Assembly (NCBI GenBank): GCA_963749235.1
Contig: CAVVLV010000001.1
Location: forward strand, 1,147,039-1,211,038
Reading direction: 5' to 3'
Length of the DNA stretch: 64,000 bases
Source of the DNA: an uncultured Thermoplasmata archaeon
Lineage (GTDB): Archaea > Thermoplasmatota > Thermoplasmata > Lutacidiplasmatales > UBA184
Part shown: one piece after another, positions 27,207-36,697 of the stretch
Position numbering within the stretch: position 1 is the stretch's first letter
How the letters are laid out: every line of letters begins with the position of its first letter
Program-made: the position numbers and the translations under genes
The notes under the pieces: model-generated
Databases searched by the model: none
The model's input: only the letters and a program-made list of their open reading frames with translations
Told to the model about the DNA's origin: nothing

Positions 27207-28099
27207 GCCGGTCTCCCGGCCACCGTCGGGGCCGGGGCCACGGGCTCCACCTGGTGCTCGCGGGCGTACCGTCGGACCCAGTAGGTCTTGAGCGCGCGGC
27301 GGAAGACGAACGAGAACGGGACCGTGTAGAGCGAGAAGATGAGGAACCACCACGGGATCGGGAGGCCGGAGAGGACCGGGTTGAGCAGGTGGAGCGATCC
27401 GCCGCCGAGCGAGATCGTCTGCTCGGACAAGGTCGCGTTGAAGATCACGAGGCCGATCCAGGTGTACATCAGGATGAGCATGAAGTAGGTGATCGCCATC
27501 CCCTTGAACTGGGCGATCGTCACCTCGCTGGAGAGGCGGGTGAGCCGCTCCTGGTACGGCTTCAGCGCCTCGATGCGATCCTTCTTCCCGGACCGGATCG
27601 CCTCCATCTGGACCTTCCGGAAGGCGCCGCTCCACTTCGCGACCTTCGCCTGCTTCACCCAGTCGGTCGTGTAGTTGTACGCGAGCGCGGTGACGAGCAT
27701 CTCGAGCGCCCCGGCGAGCGCCATGGTCGCGAGCAGGTAGCGGGACGAGAACCCGAAGACCGAGTAGAGGGGTCCGCCGGAGCTCGGGCTCACGCCCAGG
27801 CTCTGCGCGATCGAGTTGCGGGTGTTCGGCTCGAGCAGCATCAGGAGGCCGAGGAGACCCAGGAAGACGATCAGGAACGTCGAGATCTTGAACGCCGGTC
27901 GGGGCGCCGGGGGCTTCACGGCCGGCGCGGCCACAGGGGCGGCGGCCGCTTCGTCGGGGGTCGTCGGGGTTTCCTCGGACGTCGTCTCGGGAAGGGGGCC
28001 CTCGGCCGCGCCTTCCGTGAGCAGGCTCTCCTCCGTCTCCGCCCCGGGGGACGCCCCCGGGTCACCTCCCGATCGGAGGGGCGCGCCCGGGTTCGTCAT
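27203..28099 (-). CDS. DUF106 / EMC3-TMCO1-like membrane protein (archaeal YidC/Oxa1-like insertase family)
   Basis: 298-aa. Disordered acidic/Pro-rich N-terminus, then TM, coiled-coil and TM architecture (KYQERLTRL-type segment). Occupies the conserved position after secY and before cmk. Confidence 0.7.
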   Translation of the reverse strand: MTNPGAPLRSGGDPGASPGAETEESLLTEGAAEGPLPETTSEETPTTPDEAAAAPVAAPAVKPPAPRPAFKISTFLIVFLGLLGLLMLLEPNTRNSIAQSLGVSPSSGGPLYSVFGFSSRYLLATMALAGALEMLVTALAYNYTTDWVKQAKVAKWSGAFRKVQMEAIRSGKKDRIEALKPYQERLTRLSSEVTIAQFKGMAITYFMLILMYTWIGLVIFNATLSEQTISLGGGSLHLLNPVLSGLPIPWWFLIFSLYTVPFSFVFRRALKTYWVRRYAREHQVEPVAPAPTVAGRPA

Positions 28100-28100
28100 C

Positions 28101-29867
28101 CTACGACTCGCCTCCGAGGAAGCGACGGAGCAACGGGTTCATTTCCATCAGCTGCTCGCGGCCCATCGCCTCGTACAGGTTGATGATGATCCCGACCATG
28201 AGGAGCACCCCCGTACCGCTCGCATTACCGAGCGTTCCGATGAGGTCGGCGCCGGCCGCCAGCGCTCCGACCGCGGCCCCGCTGATGACGGTGATGACGG
28301 GGATGTACCGCTCGAGCACCCTCCGCAGGACGCGCGGTTCCCGTCGGAACCCGGGGATCTGCATGCCGGACGCCTCGATCTGCCGGGCGACGGCCTCCGG
28401 GCCCATGTTGGTCGTCTGGATCCAGAACTTCGCGAAGAGGATCGAACCACCGACCATCGCGCAGAAGTAGACCAGGACGTGGACCATCCCCTGCAACACG
28501 GTGTGGCCGTACAGGTAGCCTCCGTACTGCTGGAAGTTCAGGATCGGCAGCAACCAGGACTCGAGCCCGTTGACGGTCGAGAGATAGTACGCCCCGCCGG
28601 TGAGAGGTTGGGTCTGACTGATCCCCGTTTGCGCGGCGACCGCGGCCGTGGGGTAGGACCCCACCCACCACTGATGTCCGAGCCCCGGGAAGCGCGAGAG
28701 CGTCGTGTTCGACCAGAGAAGGATGGAGAAGAGCGAGACGTTCGCGAGCAGCGCACTCATCAGAATGACGGGAATGTTCGACGCGTAGATCAGGCGCAAC
28801 GGATACCGGCCCCGCGCGCCCCGCGCCTCCGCGTGCGAGAGGGGGAGCTCGATCCGGGTCGACTCGGTCCACGCGACCAGGAAGAAGATCGCCGCGGTAC
28901 CGACCAGCGCGACGATGGGATTCGGCTGACGCAAGAGCACCTGTTCCCAACCCCCGCTCGCCATCTGGCTGGCTGTATAGTGGGTCAAGAACCAGAACGC
29001 CTTGGGGAGCGCCCCGCTCGGCGGATTCGTGGCACTGATGGCCACGGAGGGATTCTGGGGCACCCAATTGAGCGTCCCTTGGACGATCTGCTGGGAGACC
29101 CCCGCCGCGATGAACAGCGAGATCCCGCTCCCGATCCCCCACTTCGAGACGACCTCGTCCATCAGGAAGACGAGGTAGCTGCCGAAGACCAACTGGGCGA
29201 TAATGATCGTGTTGGCGAGGAGGAGGCCGTTCCCGGGCGAGGCTTGGCCCAGGCTCGTGACGAGGGACGCCGACGGAGTGAGGTACCCGTAGACCTGGGG
29301 CACCGCCTCCACCAGGATCATCGCGATGACGAGGACCTTCTGGGTCCCCTGGTACATCCCCTTGTCCTCGTCGTCGGTGAGGTCCAGGTTGATGATCTTC
29401 GCGCCGGTGAACAGTTGCATGATGATCGACCCGGTGACGATCGGGCCGATGCCGAGGTGCATCAGGGTGCCTTGGGCGCCCGCGAGAATGGCACGGTAGC
29501 TCGCGAAGAGGTCGATGACGGTCGCCTGGTCGACCCCGAAGAGGTAGATGTTGGTCAGGAGGAAGTAGAGCAGCAGGACGCTGATCGTCCAGAACAGCTT
29601 CGTCCGGAAATGGACGTGCCCTTTCGGCTGCGTCACCGCGGGCATCCGCGTCGTGACCGGTTTCAAGCCGTACAGCTTGGAGCGGGTGCCGGAGTACGAG
29701 AGACCGAGGAAGAGCAGGGAGAGGACGATGAAGATGACGAACGAGATCAGCAGGAAGGCGACCAGGGTCGGCTGGCTCCAGAACCAGACGACCGCGAGAA
29801 GGGTGGCCCCGACCACGGCGAGCGGAATCGCCCAACGCGGGTCGCGGGGGATCTCCTCGTCCGCCAT
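28101..29867 (-). CDS. secY: preprotein translocase subunit SecY with ~64-aa N-terminal extension
   Basis: ORF 28101-29885 begins with TTG. The ATG at 29867 (MADEEIP) fits the upstream TATA box. The canonical SecY core starts at LYGLKPVTTRMPAVTQPKGHVHFRTKLFWT. Confidence 0.9.
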   Translation of the reverse strand: MADEEIPRDPRWAIPLAVVGATLLAVVWFWSQPTLVAFLLISFVIFIVLSLLFLGLSYSGTRSKLYGLKPVTTRMPAVTQPKGHVHFRTKLFWTISVLLLYFLLTNIYLFGVDQATVIDLFASYRAILAGAQGTLMHLGIGPIVTGSIIMQLFTGAKIINLDLTDDEDKGMYQGTQKVLVIAMILVEAVPQVYGYLTPSASLVTSLGQASPGNGLLLANTIIIAQLVFGSYLVFLMDEVVSKWGIGSGISLFIAAGVSQQIVQGTLNWVPQNPSVAISATNPPSGALPKAFWFLTHYTASQMASGGWEQVLLRQPNPIVALVGTAAIFFLVAWTESTRIELPLSHAEARGARGRYPLRLIYASNIPVILMSALLANVSLFSILLWSNTTLSRFPGLGHQWWVGSYPTAAVAAQTGISQTQPLTGGAYYLSTVNGLESWLLPILNFQQYGGYLYGHTVLQGMVHVLVYFCAMVGGSILFAKFWIQTTNMGPEAVARQIEASGMQIPGFRREPRVLRRVLERYIPVITVISGAAVGALAAGADLIGTLGNASGTGVLLMVGIIINLYEAMGREQLMEMNPLLRRFLGGES

Positions 29868-29893
29868 GTAGCCGAGTCCGACCAAATGGCCGA

Positions 29894-29903
29894 TTTATAT
29901 AGT
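29894..29903 (-). promoter_or_regulatory. strong TATA box (minus-strand CTATATAAA) immediately upstream of secY
   Basis: The only AT-rich stretch in the rpl15-secY spacer. Centred ~30 nt upstream of the ATG at 29867. Confidence 0.55.
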
Positions 29904-29935
29904 CTACGGGAGGGCAGGCGCCGGGAGCCCCGTCG

Positions 29936-30373
29936 CTACGCCTCTCCCTTCGACGAGCCGGGGGCTTCCTTCAAGAGCGTGACCTTTTCGCCCGCGTGCT
30001 TCGTGGCGTGGCCGACGAAGACGTGCCAGGAGTTCGAGGTCGAGCCGCCGCCCAGGAGGCGGTCGTAGCCGGCCTTCGTGAGGTCCGCCACCAGGGTCTC
30101 GCCGACGCGAACGACCGCGCCCGCGGCCTCGAGCGCCGGAACCAGCCGGTCGAGTTCGCCGACGTTGACGGACGTGGGATGCGCGACGATCTTCGGGGGC
30201 CGCTGGAAGCCGTGCCGGCCGAAGTGGTCGGGCGCGTAGATCAGCATCGACTTGAACTTGTACTTGTGCAGGCCGGCGTTGCCGCGGCCTCCTTGCTTAC
30301 CGGCGCCTCGGCCGGCCTTGATCCCGCGGCCGTGCGTGCGGAGTCCCCGGAACTTCCTCGTGCGGCTCGGCAT
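29936..30373 (-). CDS. rpl15: 50S ribosomal protein L15 (uL15)
   Basis: 145-aa from MPSRTRKFRGLRTHGRGIKAGRGAGKQGGRGNAG. The rest of the 342-aa ORF is upstream read-through. Confidence 0.9.
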   Translation of the reverse strand: MPSRTRKFRGLRTHGRGIKAGRGAGKQGGRGNAGLHKYKFKSMLIYAPDHFGRHGFQRPPKIVAHPTSVNVGELDRLVPALEAAGAVVRVGETLVADLTKAGYDRLLGGGSTSNSWHVFVGHATKHAGEKVTLLKEAPGSSKGEA

Positions 30374-30381
30374 CGTTCCAC

Positions 30382-30840
30382 CTACACCATCCGTCGGACG
30401 AGGTCGTTGATGGCCGCCCCGCGGTAGCCGAGCGCGCCGCCCAGCCCGAACGGCTTCTTGGTCGACCGCCAGCCGCCCTTGGGGGCCTTGAGGCGGAACA
30501 GGGGCCGGAGCCCTGGGACGGGGATGAGACCGGTCGCAAGCACGGAGGACGTCAGTTCCGAGAGGTCCTTTGCGGGGAGCTCCTTGCCCAGGGTGGACTC
30601 GGTGACCCGTTCCCCCTTGTCGGTCACCCCGCGTTCGCGGAGCAGCATCCCGACCGTCTCCACGTCGGTCTCGCCCCAGGTGATGTAGCCCTGGGCTCGG
30701 ATGAGCATGCCGCGGTACTCGGCGACCTCGGGGATCACCGTCGCATGGTTGGCGCGGTTGATGTGGAGGTAGCGGAGCGTCTCGACGATCTCGTGCTTCG
30801 CGTGGATCGTCCCGCGGACCCGCACGACCAGGAACGCCAT
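30382..30840 (-). CDS. rpl30: 50S ribosomal protein L30 (uL30)
   Basis: 152-aa from MAFLVVRVRGTIHAKHEIVETLRYLHINRANHA. Confidence 0.9.
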   Translation of the reverse strand: MAFLVVRVRGTIHAKHEIVETLRYLHINRANHATVIPEVAEYRGMLIRAQGYITWGETDVETVGMLLRERGVTDKGERVTESTLGKELPAKDLSELTSSVLATGLIPVPGLRPLFRLKAPKGGWRSTKKPFGLGGALGYRGAAINDLVRRMV

Positions 30841-30842
30841 GT

Positions 30843-31742
30843 CTAGCGACCTCCGGAGGGGGGCGGGCGGCGGGGACCGCTGCCCGGGGGAGGCGGAGGT
30901 CCTCCGCGTCCCGGCGGACCCCGTCCCGGACCGCCTCGGCCCGGACCGCCGCGTCCGGGGCCACCTCGGCCCCGACCGCGACCGCGGCCTCCCATCGGTC
31001 GGGCGCCCTCCTCCTTCGGCGGGAGGATCGACGTGCCGACCGGGCCGCGGACGATCTTCAGCCGCTCGGCGTCGCCGGGCGGGATCTTGAGGTCCGAGAG
31101 GGCGACCAGCGCCCCGTAGGCGGCCTGGGCGTAGTTCACCGTGGTCTTGGTGTGGCCGTCGGTGTATCCCCAGGCGTCGGTGATGCCGGCGAACCGAAGG
31201 ACGGGTTTCGCCACGTCCCCGACCGCGAGCCCGACTCCCCGGGGCGCAGGGCGGAAGTTGACGACGACCGAGCCCGCGCGTCCCTCGACCTCGAACGGCA
31301 GGGTGTGCGAGCGGCCGCAGCCACATTCCCAGCTTCCGCAGCCGCGCAGCACCGCGACGATCTCGAGCTTCGCCCGGTCGATCGCGCGGCGGATCGTGGG
31401 TCCGACCTCGCGGCCCTTCGCCCGGCCGAGGCCGACGAACCCGTCGCCGTTCCCGACGACGACCGTGACGGCGAACTTGAACCGACGGCCCGAGTCGGTC
31501 ATCCGCTGGACCATGTTGACGTCCAGGACCTCGTCGTGCAAGCCGGGGAGGAGCTTGTCGACGATCTGCGGCTCCCGGAGGGGCAGCCCGCTCGCGAGCG
31601 CCTCGCTCATCGTCTTGATCTCGTCGGCGGCGACCTTCTTGCCGAGCTCCGTCTTCGGGACCCAGGGCGGAGGCGCGGGCGCCCCGCCGGAACCAAACCC
31701 TCCACCGGGGCCGCGGGACGGCCCGGAAACGGCGCCGCTCAT
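30843..31742 (-). CDS. rps5: 30S ribosomal protein S5 (uS5) with Gly-rich N-terminus and RG-repeat C-terminal tail
   Basis: 299-aa. Core is [37 protein letters not shown]. Tail is [31 protein letters not shown]. Confidence 0.9.
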   Translation of the reverse strand: MSGAVSGPSRGPGGGFGSGGAPAPPPWVPKTELGKKVAADEIKTMSEALASGLPLREPQIVDKLLPGLHDEVLDVNMVQRMTDSGRRFKFAVTVVVGNGDGFVGLGRAKGREVGPTIRRAIDRAKLEIVAVLRGCGSWECGCGRSHTLPFEVEGRAGSVVVNFRPAPRGVGLAVGDVAKPVLRFAGITDAWGYTDGHTKTTVNYAQAAYGALVALSDLKIPPGDAERLKIVRGPVGTSILPPKEEGARPMGGRGRGRGRGGPGRGGPGRGGPGRGPPGRGGPPPPPGSGPRRPPPSGGR

Positions 31743-32266
31743 GCGGCCGCCCCCTCGGGGTGGACGAGGCCGGGGAGCTTCAGTTTGTACGCTTCGAGGG
31801 GCTGCGGCAGCGCCTTCGGGAGGTGGGCCCCGTTCAAACGGTCGGCCTTGGGGAACCCTTCGTCCCCGTGGGGGATGTCGAGGCCCGAGTCGAGCAGTCC
31901 CTTGAGCGCGGCGGAGAGACGGCCCCCGGCCGTCGGGTGACGGATCCCGAGGTCGAGCACGGCTTCCTCGGTCCCGGACGCCTTGGCCCGGAGTCCGGCG
32001 AGGTACGCCGTGAGGTACGCCGCGGGGGTGGACGCAAGACTCGATGCCGGGAAGGCGATCCCGCCGAGCTCGGTGGAGTCGGCGGCGGCGACCACCCGGT
32101 CGCCGGTGGGGTCGAACGTGACGAGCGCGACGCGCACCCGGCGCTCGGAGATGCGCACGACGGCCCGGGTGCGGCCGGACTTCAAGAGCTTCAAGCGGAC
32201 CCGGTAATCGGTGCGGCCCTCCCGCCGGCGGCGGAAGTGGACGCGGTAGCGAGGTCCCGTCTTCAT
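31739..32266 (-). CDS. rpl18: 50S ribosomal protein L18 (uL18)
   Basis: 175-aa: [23 protein letters not shown]. Confidence 0.9.
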   Translation of the reverse strand: MKTGPRYRVHFRRRREGRTDYRVRLKLLKSGRTRAVVRISERRVRVALVTFDPTGDRVVAAADSTELGGIAFPASSLASTPAAYLTAYLAGLRAKASGTEEAVLDLGIRHPTAGGRLSAALKGLLDSGLDIPHGDEGFPKADRLNGAHLPKALPQPLEAYKLKLPGLVHPEGAAA

Positions 32267-32724
32267 GCGGTTCCCTCCTTCATGTGGCCCGCGAGCTTCA
32301 GGTTCTGGAGTAGGTGGGCCCGGCTCCGGAACATCCCGCCCTTCGCGCGCCGATAGAATTCGCGATAGACCGATGGGGGGATCTTCTTCGAGCCGCGGAG
32401 CTCCTTCAAGAGGTCCCGTTGGGCGCGGATCCGCCGGATCCAGCGCTCCTTGCGGGGGACGCGCGCGAACGGCGTGCCCCGGCGGGAGCCGGGTCCCTGG
32501 TGTCGGCCCTTGGCGACCTCGCCCGCATGGCGCTTGGCCCGCGCCCGCGACGTGCCCTGGATCGGCTTCCGCTTGATGACCCCGGCCTTGATCGCGCCGC
32601 GGATGTCTGCGCGCGTCACGGCATCGGCGAGGTCTTCCTGGCTCGCCGGATCGAGGAAGACGCGGCCCTCACCGCAGTCCAACAGGGCGGCGGCGAGACG
32701 CCGCTGATTCGAGAGATCGGGCAT
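32263..32724 (-). CDS. rpl19e: 50S ribosomal protein L19e
   Basis: 153-aa: [24 protein letters not shown]...GPGSRRGT...[11 protein letters not shown]. Confidence 0.9.
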   Translation of the reverse strand: MPDLSNQRRLAAALLDCGEGRVFLDPASQEDLADAVTRADIRGAIKAGVIKRKPIQGTSRARAKRHAGEVAKGRHQGPGSRRGTPFARVPRKERWIRRIRAQRDLLKELRGSKKIPPSVYREFYRRAKGGMFRSRAHLLQNLKLAGHMKEGTA

Positions 32725-32730
32725 GGAAGA

Positions 32731-33339
32731 TCACTCCCCCCCGCCCGTGCGGATGGGGTTCAGGACCCGGACGCCGCGCTTGCGGGCGGTCTCCTCGAGA
32801 CCGAGCCTCCGGCGCGTGCCGACCCGACGGGAGATGATGGCCGCCTCGACCTTCGGGTTGAGCCCCTCGATCTCGGCGTCCGTCTGGACCAGGATCGGCC
32901 GATACCCGCTCGGGGCCAATCCCCGCACCTTGGCGGGGGAGCCATAGCCGATCGAGACGAGCTGGGCCCGGTAGCCGTAGTGTCGGCGCTGCTTCGACTG
33001 GAGCCCGCGGGGGCGTCGCCACGCCCCGTCACGGCCGATCCGGTAGTAGCGGTTCGCGGCTTGCCGGCCGAAGATCGGTCGGCGTCGGTTGATCGTGCGT
33101 CGGGTGCGCAGGAGCGTGACGGATTCGGCGGAGAGGTTCGGGTGCTTCGGCGCCCCGGCGTCCTCCTCCTTCTTCGCATCGGATGTCTCCTTCTTGGAGG
33201 GTGCCGCGCCGGTGGAGCCCGAGGCCTTCGTGCCCTTGGGCTCGCTGGCGGGTTCCGACTTCTTGGCGGCGCGCGCCCGGGGCTTGGCGGGGGTCGGAGG
33301 TGTCGCGTCCTTCGGCGGAGTGGGGACGTCGTCCGCCAT
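32731..33339 (-). CDS. rpl32e: 50S ribosomal protein L32e with ~70-aa low-complexity N-terminal extension
   Basis: 202-aa. Core is FGRQAANRYYRIGRDGAWRRPRGLQSKQRRHYGYR. The N-terminus is Lys/Ala/Pro-rich. Confidence 0.88.
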   Translation of the reverse strand: MADDVPTPPKDATPPTPAKPRARAAKKSEPASEPKGTKASGSTGAAPSKKETSDAKKEEDAGAPKHPNLSAESVTLLRTRRTINRRRPIFGRQAANRYYRIGRDGAWRRPRGLQSKQRRHYGYRAQLVSIGYGSPAKVRGLAPSGYRPILVQTDAEIEGLNPKVEAAIISRRVGTRRRLGLEETARKRGVRVLNPIRTGGGE

Positions 33340-33901
33340 CAGTTCGCCTCCTTGAAGTGCGCTCGCTCAACGAGGTAGATGCCGTCCTGGAAGACCCGCG
33401 GGTCGTAGTCCCGGATGTGGGTCACCCGCTCGATGTTCGCCGCGCTCTGGCCGACCTGCTCCAGGTCGTTACCTGAGAGCACCACGAACTCGCCCTCGAC
33501 GGCCGCCTTGGTGCCGGCCGTGAGGCGGGTGGTCCGGGGTACTTCTCGCCCAAGAAGTTGTCGATGACGAGCTCCTCCCCGCGGACCTGGACCTTCATCG
33601 GGAAGTGGGCCGCGACGACTTTGAGCTTCGCCTCCACCCCGAGGGTCAACCCGGCGGCGAGGTTGCGGACGTGGGCCGCCCACGTCCCGAGGAGCGCCTG
33701 CGACGCCTTGCGCGTCGGCGGGAGGAGGAGCGTGAGCGTCGCCGTCCCCTTCGCGACCTTGAGCTCCAAGATGTCGGACGGGAAGGGCCGCTGGGCGGCG
33801 CCGAGGGGGCCTTTCGCGCGGAGGATCTTACCGTCCACGGTGAACGAGACCCCCTTCGGGACCTCGATGATCGCGTGGCGGCGGTCGGACTCAGTAGACA
33901 T
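33339..33901 (-). CDS. rpl6: 50S ribosomal protein L6 (uL6), single-base deletion at ~33536-33540
   Basis: The N-terminal part MSTESDRRHAIIEVPKGVSF...IDNFLGEKY is in one frame. The C-terminal part PRTTRLTAGTKAAVEGEFVVLSGNDLEQVGQSAANIE...RVFQDGIYLV is in another. One extra G in the GGGG run before TAC restores GEKYPRTTR. Confidence 0.88.
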
Positions 33902-34280
33902 AGGCGAGCAGCCGACCTCCGATCTTCTTCTCGCGCGCCTCGCGGTGCGACACGACACCCTGGTTGGTCGAAAGGACGAGGATTCCGAAGTCCTGGGCCG
34001 GAAGGAAGCGCGCTTCGTACCGCTCCAGCCGGTCGTGGGGGACCGAGATCCGGGGCTTGATCACGCCGCACGAGTTGATCCGGCGCGCTAGCTCGACGTC
34101 GTACTGTCCACCGCGGCCGTTCGGGACGAACGTGAACTCCTCGATGTACTGGTGCTCTCGGAAGATGCGCAGTACCTCCGCGATCAGTCGCGAGGTGGGA
34201 TGGAGCTGGACGGTCGGCTTGCCGTCCTGGTCGGCGTGGCGAATGGTCACGAGGGCGTCGTTGAGAAGATCCTGCTGCAT
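33891..34280 (-). CDS. rps8: 30S ribosomal protein S8 (uS8)
   Basis: 129-aa from MQQDLLNDALVTIRHADQDGK. Confidence 0.9.
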   Translation of the reverse strand: MQQDLLNDALVTIRHADQDGKPTVQLHPTSRLIAEVLRIFREHQYIEEFTFVPNGRGGQYDVELARRINSCGVIKPRISVPHDRLERYEARFLPAQDFGILVLSTNQGVVSHREAREKKIGGRLLAYVY

Positions 34281-34291
34281 CGATGACCGTC

Positions 34292-34438
34292 CTACTGGTA
34301 CTTTTGGAACCCGAGGTCCATCGCGACCTCTCGGAAGCATTGGCGACAGAGGTGGAGGCCGTACCGGCGCACGATCCCGCGCTTGCGGTCGCACCGGAGA
34401 CACCCGACCTTCCGCCCGAACAGCTTCTTCGGTTTCAT
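34292..34438 (-). CDS. rps14: 30S ribosomal protein S14 (uS14, zinc-binding type)
   Basis: 48-aa: [37 protein letters not shown]. Confidence 0.9.
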   Translation of the reverse strand: MKPKKLFGRKVGCLRCDRKRGIVRRYGLHLCRQCFREVAMDLGFQKYQ

Positions 34439-34448
34439 GGTCCCCCCC

Positions 34449-35009
34449 TTAGTCGAGCAGCGTGACCCCGAACGCACTGGTCAGGAAGGCGCGCGTCTCC
34501 TCCCGGGTCGAGCGGAGCGCCTTCGGCAGCGGGCGAGATTGGATGCGTCGGTTGCGCACGCGGTAGCCCTCGCGGCCCAGCTCGACCGCGACATCCATCC
34601 CGTGGATGCCGATCGCCGGGTCGTACTTGAGACCGACAAAATCGGTGTAGTCCGCGACCCCGAACGAGAAGTTCCCGTTGCGGTCAATCGAATCGGAGTC
34701 GAGCTGGCGGTCCCGTGCGTCGAACGCGCGCTGGAGGAAGTCGACCGCGACGGTACCGCGGAGCGTGACCTTCGCGCCGATCTCCTGCCCGGCCCGGATC
34801 CCGAAGTCCCGGTTCGTCGAGTGGGCCTTCGTCGCGACGGGCTTCTGGTGCGTGACCATCTGGAGCACCTTCTCCGCCTTCGTCCGCGGCTCGCCCGACT
34901 CGCCGACCCCGGCGTTCACGACGACCTTGATCACACGGATCGCCCGGGCGCCGGCGGCGAGCGGGGCGGGCGCAGCGGCGACCGGGGCGGCGGGATCGGT
35001 CGCGCTCAT
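34449..35009 (-). CDS. rpl5: 50S ribosomal protein L5 (uL5)
   Basis: 186-aa: [14 protein letters not shown]...[14 protein letters not shown]. Confidence 0.9.
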   Translation of the reverse strand: MSATDPAAPVAAAPAPLAAGARAIRVIKVVVNAGVGESGEPRTKAEKVLQMVTHQKPVATKAHSTNRDFGIRAGQEIGAKVTLRGTVAVDFLQRAFDARDRQLDSDSIDRNGNFSFGVADYTDFVGLKYDPAIGIHGMDVAVELGREGYRVRNRRIQSRPLPKALRSTREETRAFLTSAFGVTLLD

Positions 35010-35722
35010 TGGTCGACTCCTTCGGCGAGGGTGACCTCGGGAGACGTCGATCCGACCACGTAGACGTACTCCTTGGTCGTGGAGAATCCCTCGGCGAAAT
35101 GGACGAGGTTCGGCTGCGGCGAGTTACGGACCTCCACCCGCTCGACGCGGGCGAGCTGACCGACGTGGGAGCCCCCGGCGACGAACGCGAGGGCGCCCGG
35201 GGCGAGCTTGAGATGGTCCACGACCTTCTGGGCCGGGACCTCGATCTTGACCGAGTCGCCGACGCGGTACGCGGTCGACGCGGCGACGAGCAGGTTGCGC
35301 CCGTCGTGGAGGGTCACCTCGACCTTGCCGGAGGGGACCGTGTGCTTGAACCGCACACGGCCGATCTTGAGACCGGCCTCGGGGGAGGGGATGCGGACCA
35401 GGACGAGCTTTCCCCGGCGGTCCTTCACCATCCGGTAGTGGGCGTCGAGCGGGGCGGCGAGCGAGATCGTGTCCATGAGGCCCAGGCCCCGGTCGAGGTC
35501 CTTCGTGACCTTGCCGTCGACCTTGACCACGCCCGTGCGGACGAGGATGCGGGCCTCCCGCGCGCTCTGGACCACGTGCAACAGGTCCCGGAGGACGAGG
35601 AGGACGGGAACCGACTGGTCCTGGGCGTGCGGCCCGGGCCCGGGACGCTTGATCCACTTCGTGCCCTTGCGGGCGATCGTCCAGGCCCGAGGGGCGGCAC
35701 CGCGCTTCAAGCGGAACGTCAT
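35006..35722 (-). CDS. rps4e: 30S ribosomal protein S4e
   Basis: 238-aa: LKRGAAPRAWTIARKGTKWIKRPGPGPH. Confidence 0.9.
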   Translation of the reverse strand: MTFRLKRGAAPRAWTIARKGTKWIKRPGPGPHAQDQSVPVLLVLRDLLHVVQSAREARILVRTGVVKVDGKVTKDLDRGLGLMDTISLAAPLDAHYRMVKDRRGKLVLVRIPSPEAGLKIGRVRFKHTVPSGKVEVTLHDGRNLLVAASTAYRVGDSVKIEVPAQKVVDHLKLAPGALAFVAGGSHVGQLARVERVEVRNSPQPNLVHFAEGFSTTKEYVYVVGSTSPEVTLAEGVDQ

Positions 35723-36291
35723 TCGGCGTCCTCCTTCGGGGCGGCCCCGGCCGTAGGCTTCGGTTTCCGGGCCCGCTTCGGAGGCGGTTTCGCCGCGGCC
35801 TCCGACGAGGTGGCTTCGGATTCCTTCGACTCGGTCGCAGCGGGCGCCGGCGGAGCCGCCACGGTGGGCGCCGGGGCTTCGCCCTCGGCGACGTCGGGGG
35901 TTTCGCCCCGCTCCTCGGGCGTGACCTCCTCCTCCCGGACCTGGAGCGACTTGCGCCGCCAGGCGTCAGCGAGGTTGAGTCGGATGATCAGGAGATGGTT
36001 CGTCCGCACCGGGAGCGGTTTCAACTTCTCCTCCCCGGTCTTCAAGGTGACGTTGTCGAGCGTGACCGTGTAGCTGCGCCGGTCCATCTTGGCCACGCGC
36101 TCCTCCCGTCCGATGAAGCTGCCCTTCATCACCCGGACCGTGTCCCCCTTGCGGAGCGGGACCGAGCGGACGTGGAACCGCGACCGAAGCTCCCGCGAGA
36201 GCGGTACGGTCATGCGGAGCCGGCGCTCGAACGTGTCCGCGTTGTAGACCGCGCGGCGCTGGCGTCGGGGAGAATGGGGAGAGACCGGCAT
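35719..36291 (-). CDS. rpl24: 50S ribosomal protein L24 (uL24) with ~70-aa acidic/Ala-Pro/Lys C-terminal tail
   Basis: 190-aa from MPVSPHSPRRQRRAVYNAD. KOW region is LRKGDTVRVMKGSFIGREERV. Confidence 0.88.
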   Translation of the reverse strand: MPVSPHSPRRQRRAVYNADTFERRLRMTVPLSRELRSRFHVRSVPLRKGDTVRVMKGSFIGREERVAKMDRRSYTVTLDNVTLKTGEEKLKPLPVRTNHLLIIRLNLADAWRRKSLQVREEEVTPEERGETPDVAEGEAPAPTVAAPPAPAATESKESEATSSEAAAKPPPKRARKPKPTAGAAPKEDAE

Positions 36292-36298
36292 GTTCCTC

Positions 36299-36697
36299 CT
36301 AGACGATGATGGACGAGGCGGCCGCGATGCGCGGCCAGCGTTCGGCGGCCTCCTTTGCCACCGGTCCCTTGATCTGAGAGCCCTTGATCTCACCGGTTTC
36401 GGTCGTGATGACCGCGGCGTTGTCCTCGAACATGAGTCGGGTGCCGTCGGCCCGGTGGATCGCGGAGCGCGAGCGGACGATGACGGCGTGGAGGACCTGG
36501 CGTCGCATCTCGGGGGTCCCCTTCTTGACGGAGACGATCACCAGATCGGCGATGCCGGCCCGGGGGTACCGGCGGTGGGTCCCGTGCCAGTTGCGCACCG
36601 CGATGATCTCGACGATCTTGGCGCCCGTGTTGTCGACACAGTCGAGCCGCGCGCCCTTCGGCAGGCCTCGGCTCCGTCGTCCCGCGAGGCCCTTCAT
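36299..36697 (-). CDS. rpl14: 50S ribosomal protein L14 (uL14)
   Basis: 132-aa: [17 protein letters not shown]...[23 protein letters not shown]. Confidence 0.92.
   Translation of the reverse strand: MKGLAGRRSRGLPKGARLDCVDNTGAKIVEIIAVRNWHGTHRRYPRAGIADLVIVSVKKGTPEMRRQVLHAVIVRSRSAIHRADGTRLMFEDNAAVITTETGEIKGSQIKGPVAKEAAERWPRIAAASSIIV

Noticed and set aside
30900-30992. A tandem ~15-nt DNA repeat, considered as a possible CRISPR-like or minisatellite element.
   Set aside because: It lies inside rps5, is in frame, and encodes the GPGRG repeat tail. It has no spacers and no flanking leader.
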